Position numbers and translations under genes: made by a program | Notes under the pieces: model-generated | The model's database searches: none | What the model was told of the DNA's origin: nothing | Seen by the model: the letters and a program-made list of their open reading frames with translations, nothing else | Assembly: GCA_965216755.1 (NCBI GenBank) | Contig: CBDCGL010000011.1 | Coordinates: 4,352,001 to 4,416,000, forward strand | DNA length: 64,000 bases | Source of the DNA: Alphaproteobacteria bacterium | GTDB taxonomy: Bacteria; Pseudomonadota; Alphaproteobacteria; UBA7887 | Direction of reading: 5' to 3' | In this document: positions 47,790 through 57,972 of the stretch, piece after piece | How the letters are laid out: every line of letters begins with the position of its first letter | How positions within the stretch are numbered: position 1 is the stretch's first letter

Positions 47790-48425
47790 TCACAAGATGA
47801 TGTGCGAATCACAATATCGGTGATAGCGCTGCACTTTCGGCTTGTCTCGGTCTTCCACGCGCACGTATTGGATCGACGACTGACCAAGCAGGGCATTGGG
47901 CAGGATCATGACGCGGATGAAGCGTGTCGGGCGCGCCGCATCGGCCTGTGCAAATACCTCCTCCGGACCGGATTCGAACCAGGCCTGACCGGGTGCGTAT
48001 GTCGTCGACACGCCGCCGGTATCTATCCGAATGGAGCCGTACAACAGGCAGCGGATTCCGGGGCCCTGATGGGTATGCGTATACGCGCACCCGCCAGCCG
48101 GAAACCAAACCGAATCGCAGCGCATCAGCCAAGGTGCGACAGGGTCTTGTTGTGGCAACGTCACCTGGTCATCACGCATATGACGGGTGTTGCCCAGATC
48201 AACTGGTTGACCGGATTCGCCATGAAGCTCCCAGCGCCACAGGGTGGCGTCTTCGTTGGCCGCGATCCTGACTGCGCCGGCGCCGAACCATGCCTCGTCC
48301 TCAACGCAGTTGTTGTCATCGATGTCAACCCGACCGCTCACCACATAGACGACGCGATTCGTCGCAGATAGCACAGTGGTGATGCCGGCGGTCACGCGAT
48401 CTTCGCTCAGCGTCAAGCGAACCAT
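47790..48425 (-). CDS. Cupin-like protein
   Basis: HTHQGPGIRCL, WFESGP. Confidence 0.8.
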   Translation of the reverse strand: MVRLTLSEDRVTAGITTVLSATNRVVYVVSGRVDIDDNNCVEDEAWFGAGAVRIAANEDATLWRWELHGESGQPVDLGNTRHMRDDQVTLPQQDPVAPWLMRCDSVWFPAGGCAYTHTHQGPGIRCLLYGSIRIDTGGVSTTYAPGQAWFESGPEEVFAQADAARPTRFIRVMILPNALLGQSSIQYVRVEDRDKPKVQRYHRYCDSHIIL

Positions 48426-48428
48426 GGC

Positions 48429-49005
48429 CTAAGCGACATGCCGCATCATCAACAGGGCGTCGCCGGTCGCCCGTATGAGTGCGTGCGGGGCAATCGCACG
48501 CCGGTCAATCATGATAGCCGTGGCGTTCATAAAGGCGTTTCGCGCCTTGGTTTTGTTCGAACACGATCAGGCTGAGTTTGTCGAGGTTCATTGTGCGGGC
48601 ACGTTCGACGGCGCGTTCCAAAAAGACCGTGCCAATGCCACGGCCGCGGACGGAGTCCAATGTCGCCACACCCGATATGTAAAGGCTGCCCGGCACTTCA
48701 AGTTCAGCATAGGGTCGCAAGATGGGATCGGGGTTTTCGTCCTGGTCGTCGTCATGCGATGCCATCGCGAAACTGTGTAGCATGCCGACAACGCGTTCAT
48801 GGTGCGTTGCGACCAAACAGTTTTCAAACGAAAAATCGACTCCGTCTCGCGCGTATCGGCGTTCGCCGACATCCAATAGAGATTCACCGGGTCTTGCCAG
48901 CAAGGTCCATATGTAGTCGGCGACACCGTCGGATGAGATCTGAAACAAGGCGGCGATGGCGCGGCTGTCCGCGCGTGTCGCAGGTCGATAATCGAATTCG
49001 GTCAT
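48429..49005 (-). pseudogene. GNAT acetyltransferase with 3' frameshift
   Basis: RGRGIG and AKRLYERHGY, then a stop at 48505. Another frame continues IDRRAIAPHALIRATGDALLMMRHVA* and ends 3 bp before the next gene. Confidence 0.7.
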
Positions 49006-51239
49006 AGCGTTGAGGCCCGACTGTCGGCGGGTGCGGTGCGCGCTCGAATTTGTGCCAAGGTTGCGGATAAGTCCTGCTCAAGTTGCTGACGAACCGCACC
49101 GTGCGGCGCTGTTCGAATGGCGTCAAGGCCGGCTTGGCAATGCCGCCGGGCTTCGACCAAAGCCGAACGTTCGGCTGCATTTTGACCGGCGCGCAGCCAG
49201 TATCGCGCGGCCCGTTCAGGCATGCGGGCTTCGGTCAAGTGGCGCGCGAGGAGTTCCGGTTCGCTGATCACAATGGCGCCGAACTGATTTTCGATGACGT
49301 ACGCGACACGGGCATGGATCTGTTGGCGGCGTGCCTTGAGTAAACTGGCGTAAGCCGCATCCTGAAGCAAGGCATGCTTGAAGACATAGCTGACGTCCGA
49401 TTGTGGGCCATGCTGGTGAATGAGCCCGGCATCACGCAAATGCGCCAAGGCCGCGTCGAGCTCCCGCGGTGCAACGTTGGCGACGGCGGTCAAAATGCGA
49501 TAAGGAAAAACTCGGCCGATCACGGCGCCGACCTGTGCGACGTCCTTTGCCGGCCCGAGTCTATCGAGCCGGGCCATGAATGAATCCTGGAGCGATGCCG
49601 GTACCGCAAACGCCGGCAATGGTCCATCCCATACATAGCTGTCGCCGACGTCACGAAACAGGTCGGAGTCCAAGACCGTGCGCGTCATTTCTTCAACATA
49701 AAGCGGTACGCCGTCGGTCTTCTCCAAAATGATATCGACAAATTGCTCGGGCAATGCGCGGCCACCCGCGACGGCTTCGATGATGCGACGATCATCGGCG
49801 TTGCCCAGCCGCGACAGAGAGATGTGTGAGACATGGTCTTGCGCCGGCCAGGGTGGCGCAAATTCAGGGCGATGGGTGATCACGACGAGGATCGGCGCAT
49901 CCGCCATGCGGCGCAAGATCAGACTCAAGGTATCCAGCGACGATGGGTCGGCCCATTGCGCATCCTCGAGCAGAAATAGCACCGGGCCATGGGTCGTTGC
50001 AGCCATCAAGCCGTCAGCCAATTGCTCAGCCGTACGTTGCCGCTGTTCCTGTGCACTGATTGCCAAAGGTGGATAGCGCTGGCCGGTCGGGACCGATAGC
50101 GCCGTGGCGAATAGCGGAGCAACATCTCGCACGGACACGCCCACTGCATCGAGATAGGTGTCCAGCTTGTTGAGCTTGGTCTCCGGCGGATCGTCGGGTC
50201 GAATTTGCGCTGCGGCCGCCATCTCGCGGCTGATCATGTAAAAAGGTGAGTCCTGGTGGTAGCGCGACCCGTAGTAGCGCAAAATCAAGTTCGCTTCGCC
50301 TTGGACCGAGTCCTTCAGGTCTTGGAGCAATCGAGTCTTGCCGATGCCAGGTTCGCCCGACACGATAACCGCGCGGCCGGTGCCGGATTTGGCCTGATGC
50401 CATGAATCACGCAACAGCGTGCGCTCTTGATGGCGCCCAAACATTGGCATCGTGCGTCCGCCAGACATCGCACTGTCGCTGTCCGCATGCTCACCCAGCA
50501 CCCGCCATACGCGCTGTGGTTGTGTCCATCCCTTCAGCGCATGCTCGCCGAGGTCCGCACAGCTGAAGCGATTTCCTATCAAACGATGCGTTGTCTGCGC
50601 GATTGCCACCTGGTGCGCCGCGGCAAGGCTCTGAATACGTGCCGCGGCATTCGGTGTCTCACCAACTGCCGTGTTGGGCATAGCCGTGTCGGTCGCGGTG
50701 TGACCGACTACGACCAGCCCGGTGGCGATCCCCACGCGCACGGCCAGATCTGCCGGCGCGCCCAGGCCGCGTACTGCTTCCACCACGTCAAGTCCGCTGC
50801 GCACCGCCCGTTCGGCATCATCTTCATGGGCATGGGGCCAACCGAAATAGACCATCAGTCCGTCGCCGAGATACTGGGCAACATAGCCGCCATAGCTTTC
50901 TATCACTGCGCCGGCAGCGGACTGATAGCTGCGCATGACGTCGCGCAAGTCCTCCGGATCCAACTGTGCAGACAAGGCGGTCGAGCCGACCAAGTCACAA
51001 AACATGACCGTGATTTGCCGACGTTCGGCCGGCTTTGAACGATTGGTCTGCGATGCCGACGCGGCTTTGAGGATCTTCAGCCTATGGCCGAGTGGTATCC
51101 CCAACGAACGCAAATGCGACTCGGTCAGCGACGGCAAAATATCCAAATCGATGGCTTCTCGCGCGAAGGTATCGGCATATTGCGCCAATCCCAAACGGCT
51201 TAGCCATTCGCGGATGTCGTTTAACTCACGAGGCACCAT
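49002..51239 (-). CDS. SAM domain - class III cyclase - AAA ATPase (STAND-like), short C-terminus
   Basis: WL..LGL.QY SAM domain; FCDLVGST, YLGDG, GETPNAAARIQ; GEPGIGKT; LEDAQWAD; ends after the first TPR-like helices. Confidence 0.9.
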   Translation of the reverse strand: MVPRELNDIREWLSRLGLAQYADTFAREAIDLDILPSLTESHLRSLGIPLGHRLKILKAASASQTNRSKPAERRQITVMFCDLVGSTALSAQLDPEDLRDVMRSYQSAAGAVIESYGGYVAQYLGDGLMVYFGWPHAHEDDAERAVRSGLDVVEAVRGLGAPADLAVRVGIATGLVVVGHTATDTAMPNTAVGETPNAAARIQSLAAAHQVAIAQTTHRLIGNRFSCADLGEHALKGWTQPQRVWRVLGEHADSDSAMSGGRTMPMFGRHQERTLLRDSWHQAKSGTGRAVIVSGEPGIGKTRLLQDLKDSVQGEANLILRYYGSRYHQDSPFYMISREMAAAAQIRPDDPPETKLNKLDTYLDAVGVSVRDVAPLFATALSVPTGQRYPPLAISAQEQRQRTAEQLADGLMAATTHGPVLFLLEDAQWADPSSLDTLSLILRRMADAPILVVITHRPEFAPPWPAQDHVSHISLSRLGNADDRRIIEAVAGGRALPEQFVDIILEKTDGVPLYVEEMTRTVLDSDLFRDVGDSYVWDGPLPAFAVPASLQDSFMARLDRLGPAKDVAQVGAVIGRVFPYRILTAVANVAPRELDAALAHLRDAGLIHQHGPQSDVSYVFKHALLQDAAYASLLKARRQQIHARVAYVIENQFGAIVISEPELLARHLTEARMPERAARYWLRAGQNAAERSALVEARRHCQAGLDAIRTAPHGAVRQQLEQDLSATLAQIRARTAPADSRASTL

Positions 51240-51368
51240 CTCAAGAGTCTAGCACAAACCGCGGCCGGCGATGGCGAGCGTGGTCGCTGTTTGACGGCCA
51301 CGGCTGTGGTTGCCAACATCCGCCGATACAGACAATATCCGCCACGTTTCACGTTGAAGGAGTCACTG

Positions 51369-52346
51369 ATGCGGCCCCGGATCGTATTTGCCAGCGGGTT
51401 TCCGGATTCGGTCTTGGCGGCCCGCGACATGGTGCCGGCGGCGTTCGAGTTGGTCGTGGCCGAGGGCGAGAGCCCGGACTATTGGGACGCTCTCAAAAGC
51501 GCCGAATATTTGGTCGGATTTGTCGACGGGTTGATCAATGAGACTTTGTTTCAAGGCGCACCGAACCTGCGGCTGATTCAACTGATCAGCGCCGGTTATG
51601 ACCGTGCCGATATCGAAGCGGCGCGTCGCGCCGGCGTGCCGATTGCCAACAATGGTGGCGCCAATGCGACAGCGGTGGCCGAGCATGCGGTGATGCTGAT
51701 GTTGGCCACGTCGCGCCAGCTTGTTCGTCAGCACGCCAACGTGACCGGTGGGCGTTGGCGCGGCAATGCGATTCCGCGGTTGCACGAACTGGTTGGCAAG
51801 ACACTCGGCATCGTCGGGTTCGGCACGATCGGGAAGAAAACGGCGCGGCTTGCCCACGCGTTCGGGATGAACTTGATCTATTATGACATTATCCGCCTGA
51901 GCGACGATCAAGAGGATCTGCATGGCGTGCGCTTTCGCTTGCTGCACGAATTGATGCACACAGCGGATATTGTCAGTTTGCACGTGCCGCTGAATGCCCG
52001 TACCCACCATCTTATCGGCGCGGCCGAACTCGCGCTGATGAAACCATCGGCGATACTGATCAATACCAGCCGCGGCCCGGTGATTGACGAGGCAGCGCTG
52101 TGCACGGCATTGGCTTCCGGCGCCATCGCCGGTGCTGGGCTTGATGTCTACGACACCGAGCCGCCAGCAGTCGACAATCCATTGTTCGCACTCGACAATG
52201 TGACGCTGACTGGTCACCTGGCCGGGCCAACCTGGGAAAGCAACGAGAGCCGGTTGCGCAATGCATTCGACAATGTCGAACGCGTCGCCCGTGGCGCGCC
52301 GCCGCTGTGGGTGATTCCCGAGTTGTCGGCGGCTAACATGTCCTAG
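51369..52346 (+). CDS. D-isomer-specific 2-hydroxyacid dehydrogenase
   Basis: AVAEHA, GIVGFGTIG, LINTSRG, GLDV..EP, GHLAG. Confidence 0.93.
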   Translation: MRPRIVFASGFPDSVLAARDMVPAAFELVVAEGESPDYWDALKSAEYLVGFVDGLINETLFQGAPNLRLIQLISAGYDRADIEAARRAGVPIANNGGANATAVAEHAVMLMLATSRQLVRQHANVTGGRWRGNAIPRLHELVGKTLGIVGFGTIGKKTARLAHAFGMNLIYYDIIRLSDDQEDLHGVRFRLLHELMHTADIVSLHVPLNARTHHLIGAAELALMKPSAILINTSRGPVIDEAALCTALASGAIAGAGLDVYDTEPPAVDNPLFALDNVTLTGHLAGPTWESNESRLRNAFDNVERVARGAPPLWVIPELSAANMS

Positions 52347-53284
52347 ACGCCGGCGCAGACTGTGGTAATCGCCTCGCGCAACCAGACCGTTGCGGGATTG
52401 GTGTCGGCCCCGCGTCCCCAATAGAGGCGCAGGCGCCACGGCGGCAAGGCAATCGGAAGCTCGCGAATTTGGATATTTGCCGTAAGTGAAAACCGCTTGG
52501 CGATGCGTTCGGCGATGGTCGCAACCAGATCGCTTTTTTCGACCATGAACGGCACGACCAAGAAGTGGGGAATTGTGACGGCGACGCGGCGCCGTTTCTT
52601 AATTCTGGCCAAGGCCTGATCCACCACCCCCGGACTGCCGGTGGGGGACACCAAGAGATGTGAAAGGCCGATGTAGGCGTCGAGCGTGAGCTGGCCGTTC
52701 AAGTCCGGATGGGACTTTCGCGCCACGCAAACGAAACGCTCTTGGAACAAGGGCGCCGATTGAATGCGTTTTGGCAGTTGCGGTGTGGTGTCGCCAGCGA
52801 ACAGCGATTGCGATAAAGACGGCACGATGCCAATCATAAAATCGATATCCCCGCTGTCGATCATGGCGACCGCATTCGTGGCCGTCGCGGCCCGCAGCTG
52901 TAGATCGACGCCGGGTGCGTGCTCGCGGATAAAGGTCGCCAGCCTGGGGATTACGGCAAAATCCGTATAGTCGGTGACGCCTATACGGAATTGCATTTCC
53001 GCCGTTGCTGGGTCGAACGCGGCGCGCGGCGCCAATGCGGCGCGGACTTGATTCAATGCGTCACGGATCGGCGGCGCCACGTCCTGGGCACGCGCGGTCG
53101 GTTGCATGCCCGCAGGCGTGCGCACGAACAACTCATCGTCAAAAAGGACGCGTAGCCGGCTCAGAGCATTGCTCATCGACGGCTGGGCCAAGCCGACGCG
53201 CTCGGCAGCTTGCGACACGTTGCGAGTTTCGAACAGCGCCTCAAAGGCGACGAGCAGATTGAGGTCGACCGCTGATAAATTCAT
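52343..53284 (-). CDS. LysR family transcriptional regulator
   Basis: VDLNLL...AQPSMSNALSRLR..FDDELFVR HTH plus substrate-binding domain. Confidence 0.95.
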   Translation of the reverse strand: MNLSAVDLNLLVAFEALFETRNVSQAAERVGLAQPSMSNALSRLRVLFDDELFVRTPAGMQPTARAQDVAPPIRDALNQVRAALAPRAAFDPATAEMQFRIGVTDYTDFAVIPRLATFIREHAPGVDLQLRAATATNAVAMIDSGDIDFMIGIVPSLSQSLFAGDTTPQLPKRIQSAPLFQERFVCVARKSHPDLNGQLTLDAYIGLSHLLVSPTGSPGVVDQALARIKKRRRVAVTIPHFLVVPFMVEKSDLVATIAERIAKRFSLTANIQIRELPIALPPWRLRLYWGRGADTNPATVWLREAITTVCAGV

Positions 53285-53427
53285 GAGATCAATTTACATT
53301 ATATGAAAAATCCATTTCAAGAATGAATTAGCCGGCTCTATATAAATATTCACCGAACACGAAACGCCGGCGGCTTGAAACGAAAAGCTTTTTTAGCGGT
53401 ATCCCCGCCGGTGCAAAGGAGTGAGAA

Positions 53428-53592
53428 ATGAACAAAAACAGCACAAACAAGACCCAACTGGCGCCTGTCGAGACTCCATCGGATTTGGGCCCGTATCTGG
53501 CCCGCGGCCGCGCATTACGCGCCGAGGCTTTCCATACTGTTGCAGAGCGTGCTCTTAAGGCGGCGGCACGGCGCTTAGGGCGGGTCTTCTAG
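53428..53592 (+). CDS. 54-aa small protein (RSP_7527-like)
   Basis: RBS AAGGAG; MNKNSTNKTQLAPVETPSDLGPYLARGRALRAEAFHTVAERALKAAARRLGRVF; below the ORF-track cutoff. Confidence 0.75.
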   Translation: MNKNSTNKTQLAPVETPSDLGPYLARGRALRAEAFHTVAERALKAAARRLGRVF

Positions 53593-53619
53593 CCTACGAA
53601 CTCTAGCTTAGTCAGAACT

Positions 53620-53697
53620 CCATTCTACCTTCTCTCCCTCAACTGCCGCGCCGCGGTGGGTCGCGTTTTCCTCCCCGACCTGCCGCGGCGCTTTTCT
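53620..53697 (+). ncRNA. Candidate 3'-UTR-derived sRNA/terminator with anti-SD motifs
   Basis: CTTCTCTCCCTC, then hairpin GCGCCGCGG-TGGGTCG..TTTTCCTCCC..CGACCTG-CCGCGGCGC-TTTT. Confidence 0.55.
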
Positions 53698-53744
53698 ATG
53701 ACGGGTTCCGTCATTCGCCGGGTCTGTCCGGACGCTGTCGCGCT

Positions 53745-54620
53745 CTATACGACCGGACCCTCGCCAGCGACCGTGGTGCGATGCAGGATGCGCCGGCAGC
53801 GGTGCATGTCGTATGGTCGGCCACGGTGCAAAACGCAGCGATTATCCCAAAGAACAGCGTCACCGTCGCGCCATGTGTGATGGTAGATCAGGGCCGCTTG
53901 GGTCGCGTGTTCGCGCAATGCGTCAAGCAGCAGCTGGGCTTGTCGATCGTCCATGCCCACAATACCGACCGCGTGCCGACCGATAAATAGAGATCGGCGG
54001 CCGCTAACCGGATGGGTACGAACGAGCGTGTGAATGGCCGGCAGATGGGCCGCGCGGTCGGCGTCCGTCATGCTGTCCCAGTTGCGCGGCTGCGACACCC
54101 TAATATCGTGGATCACCTTTAGGCTCTCCAAGGCCTCCTTTCGGTCAACGGGCAGGCTGTCATAGGCGGCGCGCATATCGGCGAACTCGGTGGCGCCGGC
54201 GCCAGGATCAACGTGCCGTGCGGATAGCAAGGACGCCATGGCCGGGTATCGTTTGAACGAACTATCCGAATGCCAATGCATATTGTAATTGAGAACCTGA
54301 TGATTGGCGTGATCGGCGGAAATCGGGACACCGGCCTCGTCGACATTGGCAATTTCGTAGATTTCGCGATGACGGTTCGAAGCGACGCCCCTGACCACCG
54401 TCTCTTCCAAGCGGCCAAATCGGCGCGTGAAGGCGATCTGTGTGTCGTCGTCAAGCCGCTGGTCACGGAATACGAGCACCGGATAGGTCATCCATGCCGC
54501 GTGGATTGCCGCGAATAAGCCGTCATCGACGTGAGCAAGTTCGACGCCACCAATTTCGGCCGCCAAGCTCGCCAGCAAAGGATGTATGTCTATGGACGCC
54601 GATTGTCCCGTTTGGACCAC
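53745..54620 (-). CDS. TauD/TfdA family 2OG-Fe(II) dioxygenase
   Basis: WHSDSSF, TEFADMRAAYD, HPVSGR, WDNRCVLHR. Confidence 0.95.
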   Translation of the reverse strand: MVQTGQSASIDIHPLLASLAAEIGGVELAHVDDGLFAAIHAAWMTYPVLVFRDQRLDDDTQIAFTRRFGRLEETVVRGVASNRHREIYEIANVDEAGVPISADHANHQVLNYNMHWHSDSSFKRYPAMASLLSARHVDPGAGATEFADMRAAYDSLPVDRKEALESLKVIHDIRVSQPRNWDSMTDADRAAHLPAIHTLVRTHPVSGRRSLFIGRHAVGIVGMDDRQAQLLLDALREHATQAALIYHHTWRDGDAVLWDNRCVLHRGRPYDMHRCRRILHRTTVAGEGPVV

Positions 54621-54755
54621 ACTACCCTCCGTGTCGTCTTGCCGCCGTTGGTTTTACAATCGCGTATCATTTCCGGGTTCGGCGGTGGGCGCAACTCGTG
54701 GGTGCCTGGTGCGACATGCTATTTTCCTAGACAATGGACCAAGGAGGAAAAGCAA

Positions 54756-55721
54756 ATGGTTGATGTGACCCTGGCGGAGCGCGTTCAGGATACCGACCCC
54801 GCGGACGGCATGCGCGCGGAACGGGTCCATACACCCTATACTGACCGCGCGCTGTTTTTCGATTCGGAAACTGGTTTCAATATCAAACGGCCACCGGTCC
54901 CTTGCCATCAGTTCATCGCCGAACGTGATCGGGCGTTTGACCCCGAAACCGCGACATCGCTCATTCCGCTGGACCTCAGCGCTGAAATGGACCTGCCATT
55001 CGCAGCGACCACGCCCTTGATCCTGACTCGTTTTGCGCGCATTCGGGCCGGCGAGTCACTGACGACCAAACTGCGTGCCAGCGGCGAAGTGTATTACGTG
55101 CTTGCCGGTCAAGGCCGCACCGTCAACGGCGCGGACGAAATTGCCTGGGGTGAGGGCGATGTGATGTGTCTGCCGGGCGGCGGAACGACCCGTCACGAAG
55201 CCGGCGATCGCGACTGTGTGTTGTGGGTGGTCACCAACGAACCGGCGTTGGCGTTTGAGGCCTTGGAGCCGCCGGCGCCCGGCACCAGCCCCGTCGAGGC
55301 CGTGCACTATCCCGCCGTGGAGATCGACCATCAGTTGGCGCTGGTCGGCGAGCGGCTCAAAGGCAAGAGTATCGCCGGGTTGGCGTTGACTTTTTGTAGC
55401 ACCAAGCAAAGTGCGTGGCGTAATGTGACGCCGACCCTGTCATTGGCGGTCAACCAACTGCCGGCCGGCGGCGCGCAGCGTCCTCATCGCCACAACTCGG
55501 CCGCGATCACCATGCCGCTGCAGGGTAGCAATTGTTATTCCGTCATCGACGGCTCCAGGGTCAATTGGCAGCCGCACGCGGTTATGGTGACACCGCCGGA
55601 ACATGTCCATTCGCATCACAATGCGGGCGATGAACATATGACTTGCCTGATCGTGCAGGATGGTGGTCTCTACTATCATTGCCGCACTATGGGCTTCGCC
55701 TATGATGACACGGCGCCCTGA
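54756..55721 (+). CDS. Bicupin protein, gentisate 1,2-dioxygenase-like
   Basis: QRPHRHNS, TPP..VHSHHN, QDGGL; RBS AAGGAGG. Confidence 0.8.
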   Translation: MVDVTLAERVQDTDPADGMRAERVHTPYTDRALFFDSETGFNIKRPPVPCHQFIAERDRAFDPETATSLIPLDLSAEMDLPFAATTPLILTRFARIRAGESLTTKLRASGEVYYVLAGQGRTVNGADEIAWGEGDVMCLPGGGTTRHEAGDRDCVLWVVTNEPALAFEALEPPAPGTSPVEAVHYPAVEIDHQLALVGERLKGKSIAGLALTFCSTKQSAWRNVTPTLSLAVNQLPAGGAQRPHRHNSAAITMPLQGSNCYSVIDGSRVNWQPHAVMVTPPEHVHSHHNAGDEHMTCLIVQDGGLYYHCRTMGFAYDDTAP

Positions 55722-56058
55722 TCCGTTTGAGAGATTCACCAACCGGCAGAGAGAATCAACGCGGCGTCGTTGACGCAACCGATTTCGGCACCCGTCGGCC
55801 GGTCCGACAGCAATTTGCTGAGGTGATCGAATGGGGGCGGGTGTGGCCAGCTGATCCGGGCCCCTGACGCGGCGTCGTCTCAATTTAATCAAACAGGACC
55901 GGCGGAACCGTTTCGCCGCTCTCTGTTCTTGTCATCGTTCGTCGACCCAAGAGCGCAAACAACCTGCGAATGCACGACACGTGTGTGTGGGGCTGCTGGC
56001 TCCGCATCGATCGGTTGAGACGGCCCCGTATCCGGCATACGATTTCAGGTGTGAGGGG

Positions 56059-57972
56059 ATGATGACAACCGAGGTGAAACGGAGACTTGCCGCGATCCTC
56101 AGCGCCGATGTGGCAGGCTACTCGCGGCTGATGGGACAGGACGACAGGGCGACGTTAGCGGCCTTGAAAGCACTCAGGGCCACCATGTCGCACTGGATCG
56201 AGTCCCATGACGGCCGCGTGGTCAACACACCCGGCGACGCTTTGCTCGCCGAGTTCCCCAGTGCGGTCGAAGCCGTGGAGGCCGCCATCGACATACAGGC
56301 CGCTATCGGCGAAATGAACGCTGACCGTCCGGTCGATCGCAGAATGATGGTTCGAATCGGTGTCGAGCTGGGCGATGTGTTGGTCGAACCGGATGGCACA
56401 ATTTATGGCGACGGGGTCAATATCGCGGCACGTCTTGAAAGCCTGGCCGACGAGGGCTCAATCAACCTGTCCGGTGCGGTTTACGACAATGTTCACGCCA
56501 AAGTGCAGACCTTTTTTGAATTTTTGGGTGACCATGCGGTCAAGAACATTCAAACGCCCATCCGCGTCTACCGCATTGTCGGCAGCGACCAAAGTGTTGT
56601 TCCCTCGCAGAAAGCACCGGAGCGCAATCGTGTGCGGCGCACCGTCAAGTTTGGCGTCGTCGCGGTAATCCTCGTTGTCGTCGCCGGTTTTGGCGTGTGG
56701 CAAGCTGGTCGGGTCAGCGACTGGGGTGCGCCCTCTGTCGGCCGCGCCGATCAGTTCCGGCCTGTGTTGCCGACCGGCCCGTCGATCGCCGTGCTGCCGT
56801 TTACCAATCTTAGCGGTGATCCGGAACAGGACTATTTCAGCGATGGGCTGACCGCCGATGTCATCGCCGCGCTGGGGCGATTTGCGAATCTGTCGGTGAT
56901 GGGGCGCAATACAACCCTGCCATACAAGGACACTGCTGTCGCGCCCGAAGAAATCGGCCGCGCGCTTGGCGTGCGCTATGTGCTTGACGGGGCCGTGCGC
57001 CGGGCCGGCGATCGGATCCGGGTGACGGCGCAGTTGACCCAAGCCGACAGTGGTGTGCATCTGTGGTCGGATCGTTTCGACCGTGCCTACGAAAACGTGT
57101 TCGCGGTTCAAGATGAAATTACGGGCAAGGTCGCTGGCGCGCTTGCGGTCGCGGTCGGTCGCCTGGAACGAGACCGGGCCTTAGAAAAGCCGACCGAAAA
57201 CCTCGAAGCCTATGACTATGTGTTGCGGGGATGGGCCCTCGTGCGACGCGAGACAAGGGCCACAAATTTCGACGCACGGGAAATGTTTGAACGCGCCGTC
57301 GCATTGGACCCCAATTATTCGGAAGCTCATGCTGGCATTGCCCTGACTTACACGCGACCGGTTGAATATGGTTGGACGGAGTTCACTAGCCGCAATTTGG
57401 GCCGGGCCGAGGAATTGGCCCGGCGCGCGCTTGCCTTGGGTCCAGACAATGTCGCTGCGCGCAGAGCGTTCGCCACAGTTCTGCTGAGCAAGTCCGAATA
57501 CGATCTGGCATCTGATCAGCTTCGACGTGCTTTGGAAGTCAATCCCAGCGACACCGATAGCTATAAGATTTATGGTCGTATCTTGGTTTATCTTGGCCAG
57601 GCAGACACAGCGATCGAGTGGTTCGAGGCGGCGTTGCGCTTGGACCCGAAGTCCGAATCCTGGGTATTCGGTGAACTCGGTTTGTCTTACTATTTGAACG
57701 CTCGATACAGTGATGCTGCCAAGTCCGCGGCAAAGGCGGCGGAAACGGAATTGGACTTTATTGGCCTGCCGGTCGTTGCCGCCGCTCAAGCGAAACTTGG
57801 CAACCAGACCGAAGCGGCACGCGCGGTCGGAGATTTGTTACGGCGCAGGCCTTTTTCTACGGTCGAACTAATCGTTGTCGCGCTCAAAGACCCCGAAGAC
57901 ATCGCACATTTTGCCGATGGTCTGATCAAGGCGGGCGTACCGACTTCTGGTGCGGTCGCGGGTGACAGATAA
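56059..57972 (+). CDS. Class III cyclase - TM - TolB-like - TPR receptor, copy 1
   Basis: ILSADVAGYSRL, PGDA, GDGVNIAARLE, one TM, SIAVLPF, TPRs. Confidence 0.95.
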   Translation: MMTTEVKRRLAAILSADVAGYSRLMGQDDRATLAALKALRATMSHWIESHDGRVVNTPGDALLAEFPSAVEAVEAAIDIQAAIGEMNADRPVDRRMMVRIGVELGDVLVEPDGTIYGDGVNIAARLESLADEGSINLSGAVYDNVHAKVQTFFEFLGDHAVKNIQTPIRVYRIVGSDQSVVPSQKAPERNRVRRTVKFGVVAVILVVVAGFGVWQAGRVSDWGAPSVGRADQFRPVLPTGPSIAVLPFTNLSGDPEQDYFSDGLTADVIAALGRFANLSVMGRNTTLPYKDTAVAPEEIGRALGVRYVLDGAVRRAGDRIRVTAQLTQADSGVHLWSDRFDRAYENVFAVQDEITGKVAGALAVAVGRLERDRALEKPTENLEAYDYVLRGWALVRRETRATNFDAREMFERAVALDPNYSEAHAGIALTYTRPVEYGWTEFTSRNLGRAEELARRALALGPDNVAARRAFATVLLSKSEYDLASDQLRRALEVNPSDTDSYKIYGRILVYLGQADTAIEWFEAALRLDPKSESWVFGELGLSYYLNARYSDAAKSAAKAAETELDFIGLPVVAAAQAKLGNQTEAARAVGDLLRRRPFSTVELIVVALKDPEDIAHFADGLIKAGVPTSGAVAGDR

